A stretch of DNA of 64,000 bases, taken from the IMG/VR virus record IMGVR_UViG_3300020388_000010, one strand, 5' to 3'. The number at the start of each line of letters is the position of its first letter. Within the stretch, counting starts at the first letter, position 1. The notes under the pieces are model-generated. The model saw only the letters and a program-made list of their open reading frames with translations. It had not been told where the DNA came from and did not search any database. Of this stretch, positions 8,951 through 18,827 are shown one piece after another. This DNA is from a virus. Lineage: Duplodnaviria > Caudoviricetes. The position numbers were made by a program, and so were the translations under genes.

Positions 8951-9306
8951 TATTTTCTCTTTTTATCTGCATATGCATTTGCACCGAAATATGCGGCGAC
9001 TAGTGCTGAGATTGCAACAAAATATGTTGGTGCAATATCGGCAATTAATTTTGCAGCTGTGTCTTGTCCTAACATTGCAGTAATTAATATACCACTAGGA
9101 TAAAATAACATACCCAACAATGCGAACCAAGTCATTGTTCTCATTGCATCTCTACGAGCATCTGCATCTTCTAATTCTTTTCTTTTAAATTCCAAATCCA
9201 TCTCCAATTCTTCTTGGGAGATGTGTCCATCTCCATTCAAGTCTTTTTTAGCTAACTCTGGGTCAACTGTTTTAGTTATTTTGTTGTTGTTGTTTAAGTC
9301 GTTCAT
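8950..9306 (-). CDS. Two-TM membrane protein (holin-like) with EF-hand-like loop
   Basis: DLNGDGHISQEE, two TM helices, basic C-terminus. Confidence 0.6.
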   Translation of the reverse strand: MNDLNNNNKITKTVDPELAKKDLNGDGHISQEELEMDLEFKRKELEDADARRDAMRTMTWFALLGMLFYPSGILITAMLGQDTAAKLIADIAPTYFVAISALVAAYFGANAYADKKRK

Positions 9307-9463
9307 TTTCGTCTCTTATATGTTCGTTTAATAGTCCAACATATATTTCTCTTTCCCAAGGCACCATATTTTCTAATTCGGACAAACTGTATTTATGATG
9401 TTGCATAAATGAAAAGTTTGTTTTAAAATGGTTCTCAAGAGTATCGTGAGAAAGAGCTATGTA
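9272..9463 (-). CDS. gp51-like baseplate hub assembly ORF (not in track; first ATG at 9406, frame open back to the gp26 slippery site)
   Basis: YIALSHDTLENHFKTNFSFMQHHKYSLSELENMVPWEREIYVGLLNEHIRDENERLKQQQQNN*. Confidence 0.85.
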   Translation of the reverse strand, partial: YIALSHDTLENHFKTNFSFMQHHKYSLSELENMVPWEREIYVGLLNEHIRDENERLKQQQQNN

Positions 9464-10167
9464 AAAAAACTATTCAAACCCTCCAATCTTACTTTTGAAG
9501 AAACATTAGTGTTTGGATTATTAATTTCAACATCCTTATACAATTTTGGTATATTATCAAAGAATGTTCTTACTTTGTTAAATTGTGCAGAAGACAAACT
9601 TTCAATGAAATCTTTAGTTTCTTTTTCATTAAAGTCTGTTTTTTCATACACCTTTTCACCATCTATTACTCTATGCACACAATTTATAATAATTTTAAAT
9701 AAGTCTTCCAAAGTAGGACTTTTAAAATCTTTCAAGTGTGATAAATCATCAATAGATGGATATCTAAATTCTATTGAAATCTTATCATCTAGTCTAACTA
9801 AATTACTATCTGGTAAAGGTTTATCTACCACCAAATCAGTAAGGTTAACTTCTTTTGTCACATATGTATTTTCTTCATCTGGACATTTTATAGAAACTTT
9901 AGTCATTTCCCCAGATGATTTTGCACGAATATTTACAAATAAATACTCTAAATCTGCCATAGGTATTACACCACTTTTTATAGTGTTGTTAGTGCAATTC
10001 TCTATAAGATTTTTTACTGCATTAATTACATCTCTTTGTTCACCAGTTTCATTGGCAATCATAAGGTTCTTTTCTTCTTTTACTAGATATGGTCTATATT
10101 TAACATCTAGTTGAGAAATTGGTAGTTTTATGTCATAAGTTGACACTTCAAATTTTGGCAAAGCCAT
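9457..10167 (-). CDS. gp26: gp26-like baseplate hub subunit/assembly protein
   Basis: MALPK, YRPYLVKEEKNL, DLEYLFVNIRAKSSGE, ends EGLNSFF. Confidence 0.9.
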   Translation of the reverse strand: MALPKFEVSTYDIKLPISQLDVKYRPYLVKEEKNLMIANETGEQRDVINAVKNLIENCTNNTIKSGVIPMADLEYLFVNIRAKSSGEMTKVSIKCPDEENTYVTKEVNLTDLVVDKPLPDSNLVRLDDKISIEFRYPSIDDLSHLKDFKSPTLEDLFKIIINCVHRVIDGEKVYEKTDFNEKETKDFIESLSSAQFNKVRTFFDNIPKLYKDVEINNPNTNVSSKVRLEGLNSFFT

Positions 10168-10178
10168 AATGTACTCCT

Positions 10179-10973
10179 TTATCTAACAAATTTACCGATA
10201 GTGTTACCAACACCACCAGTGATTATATCTGCGGCTGAACCAGCGGTTGCAATCGCAGTAGGTGATGCACCAGATTTACCAAGAATATCATAAAGAACAC
10301 CTTTAGGACTTATGATACTGTATCTGGAATCATCTCCAATATATATATCCGACCCTCTCAACCTTAAACTCTTATCTGCAATACTATCATCAACACCTTC
10401 TTCTTTGATAGTATGCCACTCTCTATATGCAAGTTCAACGGTTACTCTTTGAATTTCACTAGATGCTTGGTTTAAATCTTGAGGTGAAATTGATTTAGGC
10501 CAAACCTCTTTTACTGAAACTCCATAACTGGTTTTTTCTTCTTTTGCACCAGTAAATGCAAAGAAATTAAATGGTATAACTGTATTACTACCTTTACCCA
10601 TTTGAAATATATCTAGTTCACCTATGTAATTATTATAATAGTTTAAATTGTGATTTACTGGATTGTAAATGTTTTTCATCCACATTTCAAAGAATCTTTT
10701 TTCAGACATATCTGCATTACATAAGAATGTTGCTTGTAATGATGCATATTGACCAACACCTTGAGGTAATTCTCTTGGTGGGCCGTATATATTATCATCT
10801 GGTGCAGAACGAATACTTCTGCCTGGAAACTGTAAATTTTCTGCTCTTAAACTAACATAACGATTACTTTCACCAGTAAATAATTTACACTTTAAAAATA
10901 TCTCAAATCTATTTTGTTGTGCTTGTTCTCTACCATATAAAGAACTTTTAAAATCTCTTAATGAAAATACCAT
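10179..10973 (-). CDS. Tail-tube-related protein (gp19/gp54 family)
   Basis: NRFEI, LQFPGRSI, FFEMWM, VWPKSISPQDL, VTVELAYREW. Confidence 0.75.
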   Translation of the reverse strand: MVFSLRDFKSSLYGREQAQQNRFEIFLKCKLFTGESNRYVSLRAENLQFPGRSIRSAPDDNIYGPPRELPQGVGQYASLQATFLCNADMSEKRFFEMWMKNIYNPVNHNLNYYNNYIGELDIFQMGKGSNTVIPFNFFAFTGAKEEKTSYGVSVKEVWPKSISPQDLNQASSEIQRVTVELAYREWHTIKEEGVDDSIADKSLRLRGSDIYIGDDSRYSIISPKGVLYDILGKSGASPTAIATAGSAADIITGGVGNTIGKFVR

Positions 10974-11482
10974 TAGATTGCTTTCCTACTATCTGACCAC
11001 ACTTTACTTGCAGATGATTTCTTGAATCTCTGTACTGGTAACATAATTGCAGTCATAAAATCTTCTTCTTCTAATTTCCTAAATCTACTTCTAACATTAC
11101 TATTTAAGTATCTTTTTAAAGTTGGTTTGATAAGTCTTACTTTTTTCAACGCACTATAATTTGCATTTGGGTCTAAACGACTTAATAGTTGGGCCCTCAA
11201 CGCATATGGTAAATAGTGAAAATTTATTCCTAAGAAACCATCTCTATATTTTTCTATTGGTAATACCAACGGAAATGTATCATAATATGGTAGTTTGTTT
11301 TTCAATTTAGGGTCATATATAAACATATTCAACGCACCAAAGTTAACTCTACCAGTAATCTTTCCATCTCTTATAAGTTGTGATTGAGATGGTGTACCGA
11401 GTTCTTTTATACGATTACGATACCATTGGTATGGTTCTTTACCACTTTTCCTTAACTTTGATATTTCGTCAAATATACTCAT
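10973..11482 (-). CDS. gp2: gp2 DNA end protector
   Basis: MFIYDPKLKNKLPYYDTFPLVL, FLGINFHYLP, LKRYL. Confidence 0.92.
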   Translation of the reverse strand: MSIFDEISKLRKSGKEPYQWYRNRIKELGTPSQSQLIRDGKITGRVNFGALNMFIYDPKLKNKLPYYDTFPLVLPIEKYRDGFLGINFHYLPYALRAQLLSRLDPNANYSALKKVRLIKPTLKRYLNSNVRSRFRKLEEEDFMTAIMLPVQRFKKSSASKVWSDSRKAI

Positions 11483-11931
11483 TTATTATATTTATAAGTG
11501 GGATTGAGGTGGTCTTCAGTCAATATTACAAAATCCATATTTCTATCTCTACAATATTCTTTTGCAGCTTTCCATTTTGCAGTGTTCTTTCCCCACTCGT
11601 AAACCTCTTTTATGAACGATTTTGTTTTTCTTTTAGGTATTTTAGGTTCAACAGTATATTTTTTAGGTTTGACTTCTATTATCATTTTTTTTAATTTACC
11701 ATCTGCTCTTTTGACTTTGACATAGAAATCTGGGAAATATCTATGATATTTGCCATCTGTTGGTAAAAAATAAGGTATTATCAGTTCTTCTGACCCCCAC
11801 TCTAATACTCTAGGATTTTTATCACAATACACCATAAATTTTCGTTCCCACAAACTTCTGTAATAAATAGTAGTAGGATTACCTTTATACTTTTTAGTAT
11901 CAGAAGGAATGAAACGACCACTATAACTCAT
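11479..11931 (-). CDS. gp4: gp4 head completion nuclease
   Basis: KYKGNPT.IYYRSLWERKFM.YCD, WGSEE, HRYFPDF, IEVKP. Confidence 0.95.
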   Translation of the reverse strand: MSYSGRFIPSDTKKYKGNPTTIYYRSLWERKFMVYCDKNPRVLEWGSEELIIPYFLPTDGKYHRYFPDFYVKVKRADGKLKKMIIEVKPKKYTVEPKIPKRKTKSFIKEVYEWGKNTAKWKAAKEYCRDRNMDFVILTEDHLNPTYKYNK

Positions 11932-11936
11932 AGGAA

Positions 11937-11944
11937 TATTTATA
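11937..11944 (-). promoter_or_regulatory. T4-type late promoter for the inverted gp4-gp2-tail block (second copy at 11489-11496)
   Basis: TATAAATA on the minus strand directly upstream of gp4 and of gp2. Confidence 0.7.
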
Positions 11945-13179
11945 TGGTTAATTATAAAGACATTGCAATGGGGAAACCTTCAACTGAGGGTTTGACAAAT
12001 GATTTTGATGCAGACCCATTTAAACAAAGAGTGAGTCTTGACCAAAACACTAGAAAAAGTAAATTCAATCAAGAGATTTTACAATATCCATTAAATGCTG
12101 GTAATGATGGTGGTAGAACACCAGCTGGACATCATATTCAATTTGAAATATTAGAACAAGATGTAGGTTCAATTAAATTTGGTGAATTACCTAAAGAAAC
12201 GACTGATGAAGTAGTTGGTATCAGTTCATTAATAAGTAACTCTGCTGTTGCAAGAGATGTTGTTGTAAGTAAAAATGGTTCTGTGTTTACTTTAGTTCCA
12301 GCATTATCACAGAAAGCACAAGCTGCAAGTGAGTCTGGAAATTCAAGTAGAGCTGCACAAGAGTTAGGTCTTAATCCATTTATTAGTGGTGCGGCAGAAG
12401 TTAAAAGAGTTCAAAAACAAGGTGCAAGAATTAGAAACCAAACATTTGCAAGAGCACCGACAAGTAGACTACAAAGTCTTATAAAATTGTTTATGCCTCC
12501 GTCTGTTGAGGTTACATATGCACCACAGTATACTGATATGGAAATAGGACTTGGTGCAAAAACAGCTGCTGGAGCAGTTGATACATTTGTCAACACCAAA
12601 GGTGATTTTGCTGAAAAAATAGCTGCGGCAACTGATGAAGTTATGAGAAAAAATAATTTAGTTGAGAAAGCTGGGATTGGTACGATAGATACAATGGCGC
12701 CTGGTTTTAAAGCAATATTATTTGGTAGGTCTGGTAAGGCAGTTAACAACAGAATGGAATTAATATTTTCTGGATTACAAAAAAGAAGTTTTTCATTTAA
12801 TTTTAAATTTTTACCAAAAAGTTATCAAGAAGCAAAAGCAGTTTACAATATTGTAAGAAGATTTAAGTTTCATATGTTACCAGAAATTGCTGGTGATGTA
12901 ACAACATCAAGAACATTTGTTACACCAGATGTTTTTGATATTAAGTATATGATGAATGATGGTAAAGAAAATGAATATATCAACAAAATATCAACTTGTG
13001 TATTAGAAAATATGAATGTAAAATATGGCGGTGATAGATATCAAACATTTGACCCATCTATGGCAGAGGCAGGAGCGCCAGATGGAATGAAAGCTCCACC
13101 AGTACAAACAGAAATGACACTTCAATTTAAAGAATTAGAATTAGTGACACAAAACAATGTATTAGCAAGAGGTTTTTAA
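11944..13179 (+). CDS. gp48: gp48 baseplate tail-tube cap
   Basis: LQYPL, IKLFMP, NNRMELIFSG..KRSFSFNFKFLPKS, CVLENMNVKY, LQFKELE. Confidence 0.9.
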   Translation: MVNYKDIAMGKPSTEGLTNDFDADPFKQRVSLDQNTRKSKFNQEILQYPLNAGNDGGRTPAGHHIQFEILEQDVGSIKFGELPKETTDEVVGISSLISNSAVARDVVVSKNGSVFTLVPALSQKAQAASESGNSSRAAQELGLNPFISGAAEVKRVQKQGARIRNQTFARAPTSRLQSLIKLFMPPSVEVTYAPQYTDMEIGLGAKTAAGAVDTFVNTKGDFAEKIAAATDEVMRKNNLVEKAGIGTIDTMAPGFKAILFGRSGKAVNNRMELIFSGLQKRSFSFNFKFLPKSYQEAKAVYNIVRRFKFHMLPEIAGDVTTSRTFVTPDVFDIKYMMNDGKENEYINKISTCVLENMNVKYGGDRYQTFDPSMAEAGAPDGMKAPPVQTEMTLQFKELELVTQNNVLARGF

Positions 13180-13712
13180 TGGCATACTTTCAGAATTTTG
13201 AAACTTTAGTATATGATGTAGTGGGTGATGATAATCCAAAACTTTTCACACACATATTAAGAAGAGTTAAGATAAATGATTTAGTAAAAGATAATATTTT
13301 ACTGTATGATTATTATCAAGTTAAACCAGGCGAAAAACCAGAAGATGTTGCATATGATTTTTATGGTAGTGCAGAATTACATTGGTTAGTGTTGTATGCA
13401 AACAATATAGTTGATAGATATCATCAATGGCCTATGAGTGTTAGAGGATTTGAAGATTATATGAAAGACAAATATGCAAGTCCACTTGGAACTCATCATT
13501 ATGAAATTAGTCAAAAGTCTGGTGATACAACAACAAAGATAAACATAGGTTTAGACTCTACTGGTCATAGTGGTGATACAGTAAGTGAAGTGACAAACAG
13601 AGAGTATGAGGAAAATTTACAAACTCAATATAGTAAAATAAGATTAGTAAGAAAAGAATTCGTAAATCAAATTAGGAAAGAATTAAGAACCTTATTACAA
13701 AGTGATAAATAA
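13179..13712 (+). CDS. gp53: gp53 baseplate wedge subunit
   Basis: MAYF, GEKPEDVAYDFYGSAELHWLVL.ANNI, WP. Confidence 0.92.
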   Translation: MAYFQNFETLVYDVVGDDNPKLFTHILRRVKINDLVKDNILLYDYYQVKPGEKPEDVAYDFYGSAELHWLVLYANNIVDRYHQWPMSVRGFEDYMKDKYASPLGTHHYEISQKSGDTTTKINIGLDSTGHSGDTVSEVTNREYEENLQTQYSKIRLVRKEFVNQIRKELRTLLQSDK

Positions 13713-15121
13713 TGTCTGTTGGATTAAGTCAATACAATTATAGTGGTACATTTGAAGTTGAAGAATGTAAACTTAAAACACATCACGGAACTGATGTGAG
13801 CCTTGAAGGTGTATTAAGTATTGTAAGTGTGTATGAAGATATAATGCAAGGTTTTATGACTGCAAACATATCTTTTGCAGATACAAATGATTTGGTATTA
13901 AATAATGGTATTGTAGGTAATGAATTTTGTTACTTAAAATTAGTTACACCCTCCACCGAAGATGTTTCAATAGATTTCACAACAGACCCACTTATCGTTA
14001 CATCAGTAACACAAAGAACTGAGGGGCAAGGTAAATTTGTTACATTAACTCTTGCATCAAGAGAATATATGAGAAATTCTAGAACCAGAATATCCCAAAG
14101 TTTTTCTGGTAATATGTCAGAAATAGTTCGTAGATTAGTAAAAGAGAAACAATTTTTAGGTAGTAATAAAAGATTTTTAACTGATGATAGTGTTGGTTTA
14201 GAGAGAGTGGTGATTCCTAATTTACGACCTTTAACTGCAATACAAATGATTGCACAAAGAGCTAAAACAAAAAAAGACTCACCTTTTGTGTTTTTTGAAA
14301 CTAGTAAAGGTTTGCATTTTTTATCTTTTGATATGATTAATAGACAAAATACTAAAACAACATTTACATTAGGTGCATCAGATACTTATGATAATAAACC
14401 ATCTAAATCATCTCAATTAGAAGCAAATATAGTTAGACAATTAGGACAAGTAGAAAGTGACCATAGTATAAGTAATAGTGTACTGTTAAACACAATGAAT
14501 GGAATGTATTCTTCAAGAATGTTGTTACACGATATATACAATAAAACTTATCACGATTTAAAGTTTAGATACTCTGATGCGTTTTCCAAAAAAAATGATA
14601 TAGAGAGTGGTATTGGTGAAACTGGTTATCCAGTATTTCCAATATCAAGTCCAGTAGATGAAGATGGAAAAACAGTAGAAGACTTTCACGATTCTTATTT
14701 GTCTGTACAATCCTCTTCTGGATTTAATAATCCAAAAGGTTCAATCCACAATATCAATCCTTACCCAAATACAATTTATCCTTTTGAGGAATCCTCAATA
14801 AGTGATCATTTGTTATCTAGAAATCATAAAATGGCATTTTTAGATAGAATGGGTATGACTATTGAAATGGTGGGTAACTTATCAATACAGGCTTCAGATG
14901 TAATAAGATTGAATGTATATAAAGCAAAAACTGATTCAGATAATGAAGATGAAGAATTATATGATGAAAGATTAACTGGTAGATATGTTATAACAAGATT
15001 AAGACACACTTTTGATTTTGGTAGACCTAAAAAACATACTATACAAGCAACAGTCATTAAAGATAGTGTGACTAAACCTTATTCAAATAATCTACCACCC
15101 AACCCTAAGAGGTTAATTTAA
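13712..15121 (+). CDS. Baseplate hub protein (gp27-like)
   Basis: SVYEDI, RISQSFSG, FVFFET, TGRYVITRLRH, KDS. Confidence 0.75.
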   Translation: MSVGLSQYNYSGTFEVEECKLKTHHGTDVSLEGVLSIVSVYEDIMQGFMTANISFADTNDLVLNNGIVGNEFCYLKLVTPSTEDVSIDFTTDPLIVTSVTQRTEGQGKFVTLTLASREYMRNSRTRISQSFSGNMSEIVRRLVKEKQFLGSNKRFLTDDSVGLERVVIPNLRPLTAIQMIAQRAKTKKDSPFVFFETSKGLHFLSFDMINRQNTKTTFTLGASDTYDNKPSKSSQLEANIVRQLGQVESDHSISNSVLLNTMNGMYSSRMLLHDIYNKTYHDLKFRYSDAFSKKNDIESGIGETGYPVFPISSPVDEDGKTVEDFHDSYLSVQSSSGFNNPKGSIHNINPYPNTIYPFEESSISDHLLSRNHKMAFLDRMGMTIEMVGNLSIQASDVIRLNVYKAKTDSDNEDEELYDERLTGRYVITRLRHTFDFGRPKKHTIQATVIKDSVTKPYSNNLPPNPKRLI

Positions 15122-15277
15122 AGGAAGTAAAATGACTAATAAACAAACTCGTAAGTTAAGAACACTAAATTTTCAAAAACAAGAACGATACATAAATAAT
15201 GAAGTGAATGACTTAACAACGGAGGTGAGTAAACTCTACCTCGCAAGAACGAGAAAGTTTTTAGGAAGAAGAACAGC

Positions 15278-15961
15278 GTGAAGACATTTGACCAACTACA
15301 AGAGGGTGTATACGACCCCAATATATTCAAAGCATTTTTTCTAGCAGGCGGGCCTGGTAGTGGTAAATCTTTTGTAGTAAGAAAGACCACTGGTGGGCTC
15401 GGTATGAAAGTTGTAAACTCTGATACTGCATTTGAAAAACTACTAAAAGATGCAGATATTGATTTAGACTTTAGAGATATGAGTCCAGAAAGAACTCTTG
15501 AGAGAGATAAAATAAGAAAGAGAGCAAAAGAAGTTACTGCAAAAATGCAAAAGAATTTTGTTGCTGGCAGACTTGGTTTGATTATAGATGGCACTGGTGC
15601 AGAATATGGTATAATAGAAACACAAAAAAAACTATTGCAACAATTAGGATATGATACCTATATGATTTTTGTCAATACATCACTAGATACTGCAATAGAA
15701 AGAAACAATAAAAGAGATAGAAAATTACCATTAGATATTGTTACAACATATTGGAATAATGTACAATCAAACATAGGTAAATTTCAAAGGTTATTTGGTA
15801 TGAAGAATTTTGTCGTTGTTGATAATAATAACCCAAAAGAAAATGTATTTAGAAGAGTATTTAAAACTATTAGAAATCTTGCAAACAAAAAGGTCAATAA
15901 TTATATTGCAAAACAATGGATTGATAATCAGTTAAGATTAAAAAAAATGTCAAAGGGTTGA
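15278..15961 (+). CDS. P-loop kinase (zeta-toxin/AAA_33-like) with capsid-targeting-like N-terminus
   Basis: GGPGSGKS Walker A, VNSD, LIIDGTG, MIFVNTSLDTAIERN. Confidence 0.8.
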   Translation: MKTFDQLQEGVYDPNIFKAFFLAGGPGSGKSFVVRKTTGGLGMKVVNSDTAFEKLLKDADIDLDFRDMSPERTLERDKIRKRAKEVTAKMQKNFVAGRLGLIIDGTGAEYGIIETQKKLLQQLGYDTYMIFVNTSLDTAIERNNKRDRKLPLDIVTTYWNNVQSNIGKFQRLFGMKNFVVVDNNNPKENVFRRVFKTIRNLANKKVNNYIAKQWIDNQLRLKKMSKG

Positions 15962-15986
15962 CAAACATAATTTTCTATGTTAATAT
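15958..15986 (+). promoter_or_regulatory. sigma70-type promoter
   Basis: TTGACA-N17-TAATAT with extended TG. Confidence 0.5.
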
Positions 15987-16019
15987 GTAAACAATAATAA
16001 TTATAATTAGTGAGGTATA

Positions 16020-16448
16020 ATGACTAAACGAAAAATGTCTGAAGAACAACGACAGGCTGCGATTGAAAGACTTGCACTCGCAAGAGAAAAACGACTAAAA
16101 GAAAATCCACCACAATATAAAAACATTTCACCGAAGGTACTTGCAATACCAGATGATGGATTTATGTCTATGAAAAAAGTTAAACAATGGATTAAGACAC
16201 AAAAAGATATCGCATCAACTTCTGAAAAGGCGTCAAGAAGACACGGTATTGATACTAAAATCAAGAATCAAGAAAGAGCAAAAGGACTTAATGCACGAGG
16301 ATATATTAGGTGGTTGAATAACTATCTAGAAAGTGGTGAGTTTGCTGGTGATTTTATTGGTGAATATGAAGAGATACCATTGACCAGAAGAATAATTGCA
16401 GGCCCTAGAGAGGGTTGTAGAATTAAAGGTGGAAAGGTTATAGACTAA
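16020..16448 (+). CDS. Conserved hypothetical phage protein
   Basis: MSEEQRQAAIERLALAREKR; GAGG RBS. Confidence 0.75.
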   Translation: MTKRKMSEEQRQAAIERLALAREKRLKENPPQYKNISPKVLAIPDDGFMSMKKVKQWIKTQKDIASTSEKASRRHGIDTKIKNQERAKGLNARGYIRWLNNYLESGEFAGDFIGEYEEIPLTRRIIAGPREGCRIKGGKVID

Positions 16449-16572
16449 TGGAAGAGTTTATGAAGTGTATAGGTATTAGTTGGTGGCAATGGTGGATACT
16501 TGTTGCAGTTACTGTAAACACTTCTATAAACTTAATAGTTTATATTAAAGGTAGGAAAATAAAAAAAGACAA

Positions 16573-17088
16573 ATGATACAATTATACAAGAACATTTTAC
16601 CAGATGATTTGGTAAAAGACTTGTTGGATTATTATGAATCATATGAACCTATTGATTATGGTAATTTCACACAAGTTGAGATAGATACTAAACATAAACT
16701 TACAGACTATATGAAAGATATAGTTTATAAAGTTGCAGACCATTATTTTGAGTTGCACGATAAAACAAACCAACACCCAGAACCATTTGCATTAGAGGGT
16801 TTTAGGATAAAAAGGTATGAACCTAATAAAGGTAGTTTTCCTTGGCATACTGACGCTGGTAATATACAAAACTGCACAAGGTTTCTTGCATTGTTGTTTT
16901 ATTTAAATACAAGTGAAGCTGGTACTAAATTTGAAAAGACATATGTACCAGCAGAAAAAGGTAGTGTGGTTGTATTCCCACCAATGTGGATGTTCCCACA
17001 CGAGGGTGAGATGCCTAAGAAAAAACCTAAGTTTATAATGAGTACATATTTACACTTTATGGGGGTTGACAAATCAAGACAAGTGTGA
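16573..17088 (+). CDS. 2OG-Fe(II) oxygenase
   Basis: WHTD, LFYLN, GTKF, VVFPPMWMFPHEG, K..STY. Confidence 0.88.
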   Translation: MIQLYKNILPDDLVKDLLDYYESYEPIDYGNFTQVEIDTKHKLTDYMKDIVYKVADHYFELHDKTNQHPEPFALEGFRIKRYEPNKGSFPWHTDAGNIQNCTRFLALLFYLNTSEAGTKFEKTYVPAEKGSVVVFPPMWMFPHEGEMPKKKPKFIMSTYLHFMGVDKSRQV

Positions 17089-17100
17089 TAAAATACTGAT

Positions 17101-17385
17101 ATGAAAGAATTTACATTACTAATAACTATTCTATTTAATTTTCCTAATGGTGAACACCAAGAGATACAAGTAGAACGAAAACAAATGAGTGAAATTGATT
17201 GTCGTACTGAGTTGGAAAAACAAGATGATGTTACAATCAATTTCTTGGGTAATAACATAGACTTATTCTTTGAGTGTACTTCTACTGTTGATAATGAAGA
17301 TACTTATAAATATGAATATGATTATAGAATGGACGAAAAGACTTTACAAGATATATTAATAAAGAAAGGTGGGGCAAATATATGA
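17101..17385 (+). CDS. Small secreted two-Cys protein
   Basis: Hydrophobic N-terminus, MSEIDC...FEC; sigma70 promoter directly upstream. Confidence 0.6.
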   Translation: MKEFTLLITILFNFPNGEHQEIQVERKQMSEIDCRTELEKQDDVTINFLGNNIDLFFECTSTVDNEDTYKYEYDYRMDEKTLQDILIKKGGANI

Positions 17386-17576
17386 TTGGTGTAAAGAATG
17401 GTGTTGGATATTTGAATTATAAAGGTGTATTAAAATGGTTAGAATCTATTCATAAAGATACATTAGAATATGGAAATGAAGACCAACAATTTGTTTTAGA
17501 ACAAATGATTGATTATATAAAAACAGAGTATAAAGAGGGTAAACCTCTTAAAAACAATAACATTATAGGATATTAA
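17382..17576 (+). CDS. Hypothetical protein
   Basis: ATGA overlap with the upstream gene. Confidence 0.6.
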   Translation: MIGVKNGVGYLNYKGVLKWLESIHKDTLEYGNEDQQFVLEQMIDYIKTEYKEGKPLKNNNIIGY

Positions 17577-17577
17577 A

Positions 17578-17829
17578 ATGGAAATATTATCAGCAATAAG
17601 TATAGTTTTCTCAATTTTCTCTTCATTATTTGTTTATGATGAGGCAGAATTTTTTGCACACAAAAAGAAAATGCAAGAACTGTATGGCCCCTGTAGCTGG
17701 GAATTTGTGGGAAAACAATCCCTAGACCCTACTGCAAAGTCCATACCTTTTAACCCACCAATTGGCGAAAAGTTCATATTTTTTAAACAAGTTTGCGAAA
17801 ATGACCCACATAGAAAAGATAAAGATTAG
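17578..17829 (+). CDS. Hypothetical exported/membrane protein
   Basis: Hydrophobic N-terminus, two Cys. Confidence 0.6.
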   Translation: MEILSAISIVFSIFSSLFVYDEAEFFAHKKKMQELYGPCSWEFVGKQSLDPTAKSIPFNPPIGEKFIFFKQVCENDPHRKDKD

Positions 17830-17943
17830 ATATCAAAGACTAATCAATAATTGCGATACTGCATTAAAAGATTGCCAAGACTTAGATATGAAAGAGTTTT
17901 GGTTAAAAACTAAATTGCTTGTAACAGAGAAGTATCAAAAATT

Positions 17944-18825
17944 ATGTTCTTTGGATTAGTAACATTAGCTGTTGCACTATGCATTAGTGCAGTTGCAGCC
18001 TATTATAGTATTGTTGGTTTAATGGCAATATTCTCTGCAGCTGCATTTTCTATTGCAGTAATGGGAATTGTTCTAGAGATAGGTAAACTTGTTACTGCAT
18101 CTTGGTTATATCAAAACTGGAAAACTGTTCCCAAAGTTTTAAAATATTATCTGACAAGTGCAGTAGTAATATTAATGTTTATTACTTCTATGGGTATATT
18201 CGGTTATCTATCTAAGTCACATATTGACGCTGGTACAAATACATCTCAAGTGTCAATAAAACTTGACAGAGTAAACAGTAGAATTACATCAGAACAAAAG
18301 ACAATAGATAGAGCAGAAAGACAATTAGAAAACCTAGACAAGGCTCTTGAGAGATATGTAGAATTAGGTGCAGTATCAAAAGGTTTAGATAGAAGAGAAA
18401 GTCAAGAAGAAGAACGAACAAAACTAACCAATATGGTTAATAAATCACAAGAAAAAATAGATGTATATTTAGATGAGAAGTCAGAGTATGAACTAGAGAT
18501 TAAGAACTTTGAGGTTGAGGTCGGCCCACTAAAATATATCTCTGCATTGTTATATGGTGATAATGCACTTACATTTTTAGAAAATGCAGTAAGATGGGTT
18601 ATATTAATTTTAGTATTTGTATTTGACCCACTTGCAGTTCTTTTAGTTGTGGCTGCAAACATAACGATTAGAGATGTTTTAAATAAAAGAAAAAGAATTA
18701 AAGATAAGTTGTTGCGAAAACAAAGAAAGAATAAGATACTTGTTAAGGAAGAACCAATCGGTGATGGTACTGCAAGAAAGATTACCAAAACAAAGAATGG
18801 TGTGACAATGGAATATTATGAGTAG
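17944..18825 (+). CDS. Conserved multi-TM membrane protein with coiled coil
   Basis: AAYYSIVGL, LEIGKLV, ITSMGIFGYLSKSH, EVGPLKY, VFDPLAV. Confidence 0.8.
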   Translation: MFFGLVTLAVALCISAVAAYYSIVGLMAIFSAAAFSIAVMGIVLEIGKLVTASWLYQNWKTVPKVLKYYLTSAVVILMFITSMGIFGYLSKSHIDAGTNTSQVSIKLDRVNSRITSEQKTIDRAERQLENLDKALERYVELGAVSKGLDRRESQEEERTKLTNMVNKSQEKIDVYLDEKSEYELEIKNFEVEVGPLKYISALLYGDNALTFLENAVRWVILILVFVFDPLAVLLVVAANITIRDVLNKRKRIKDKLLRKQRKNKILVKEEPIGDGTARKITKTKNGVTMEYYE

Positions 18826-18827
18826 AT

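Noticed and set aside
7689-10114. Long + strand ORFs 7689-8237, 8289-8486, 9428-10114
   Set aside because: Antisense shadows of the real minus-strand tail genes
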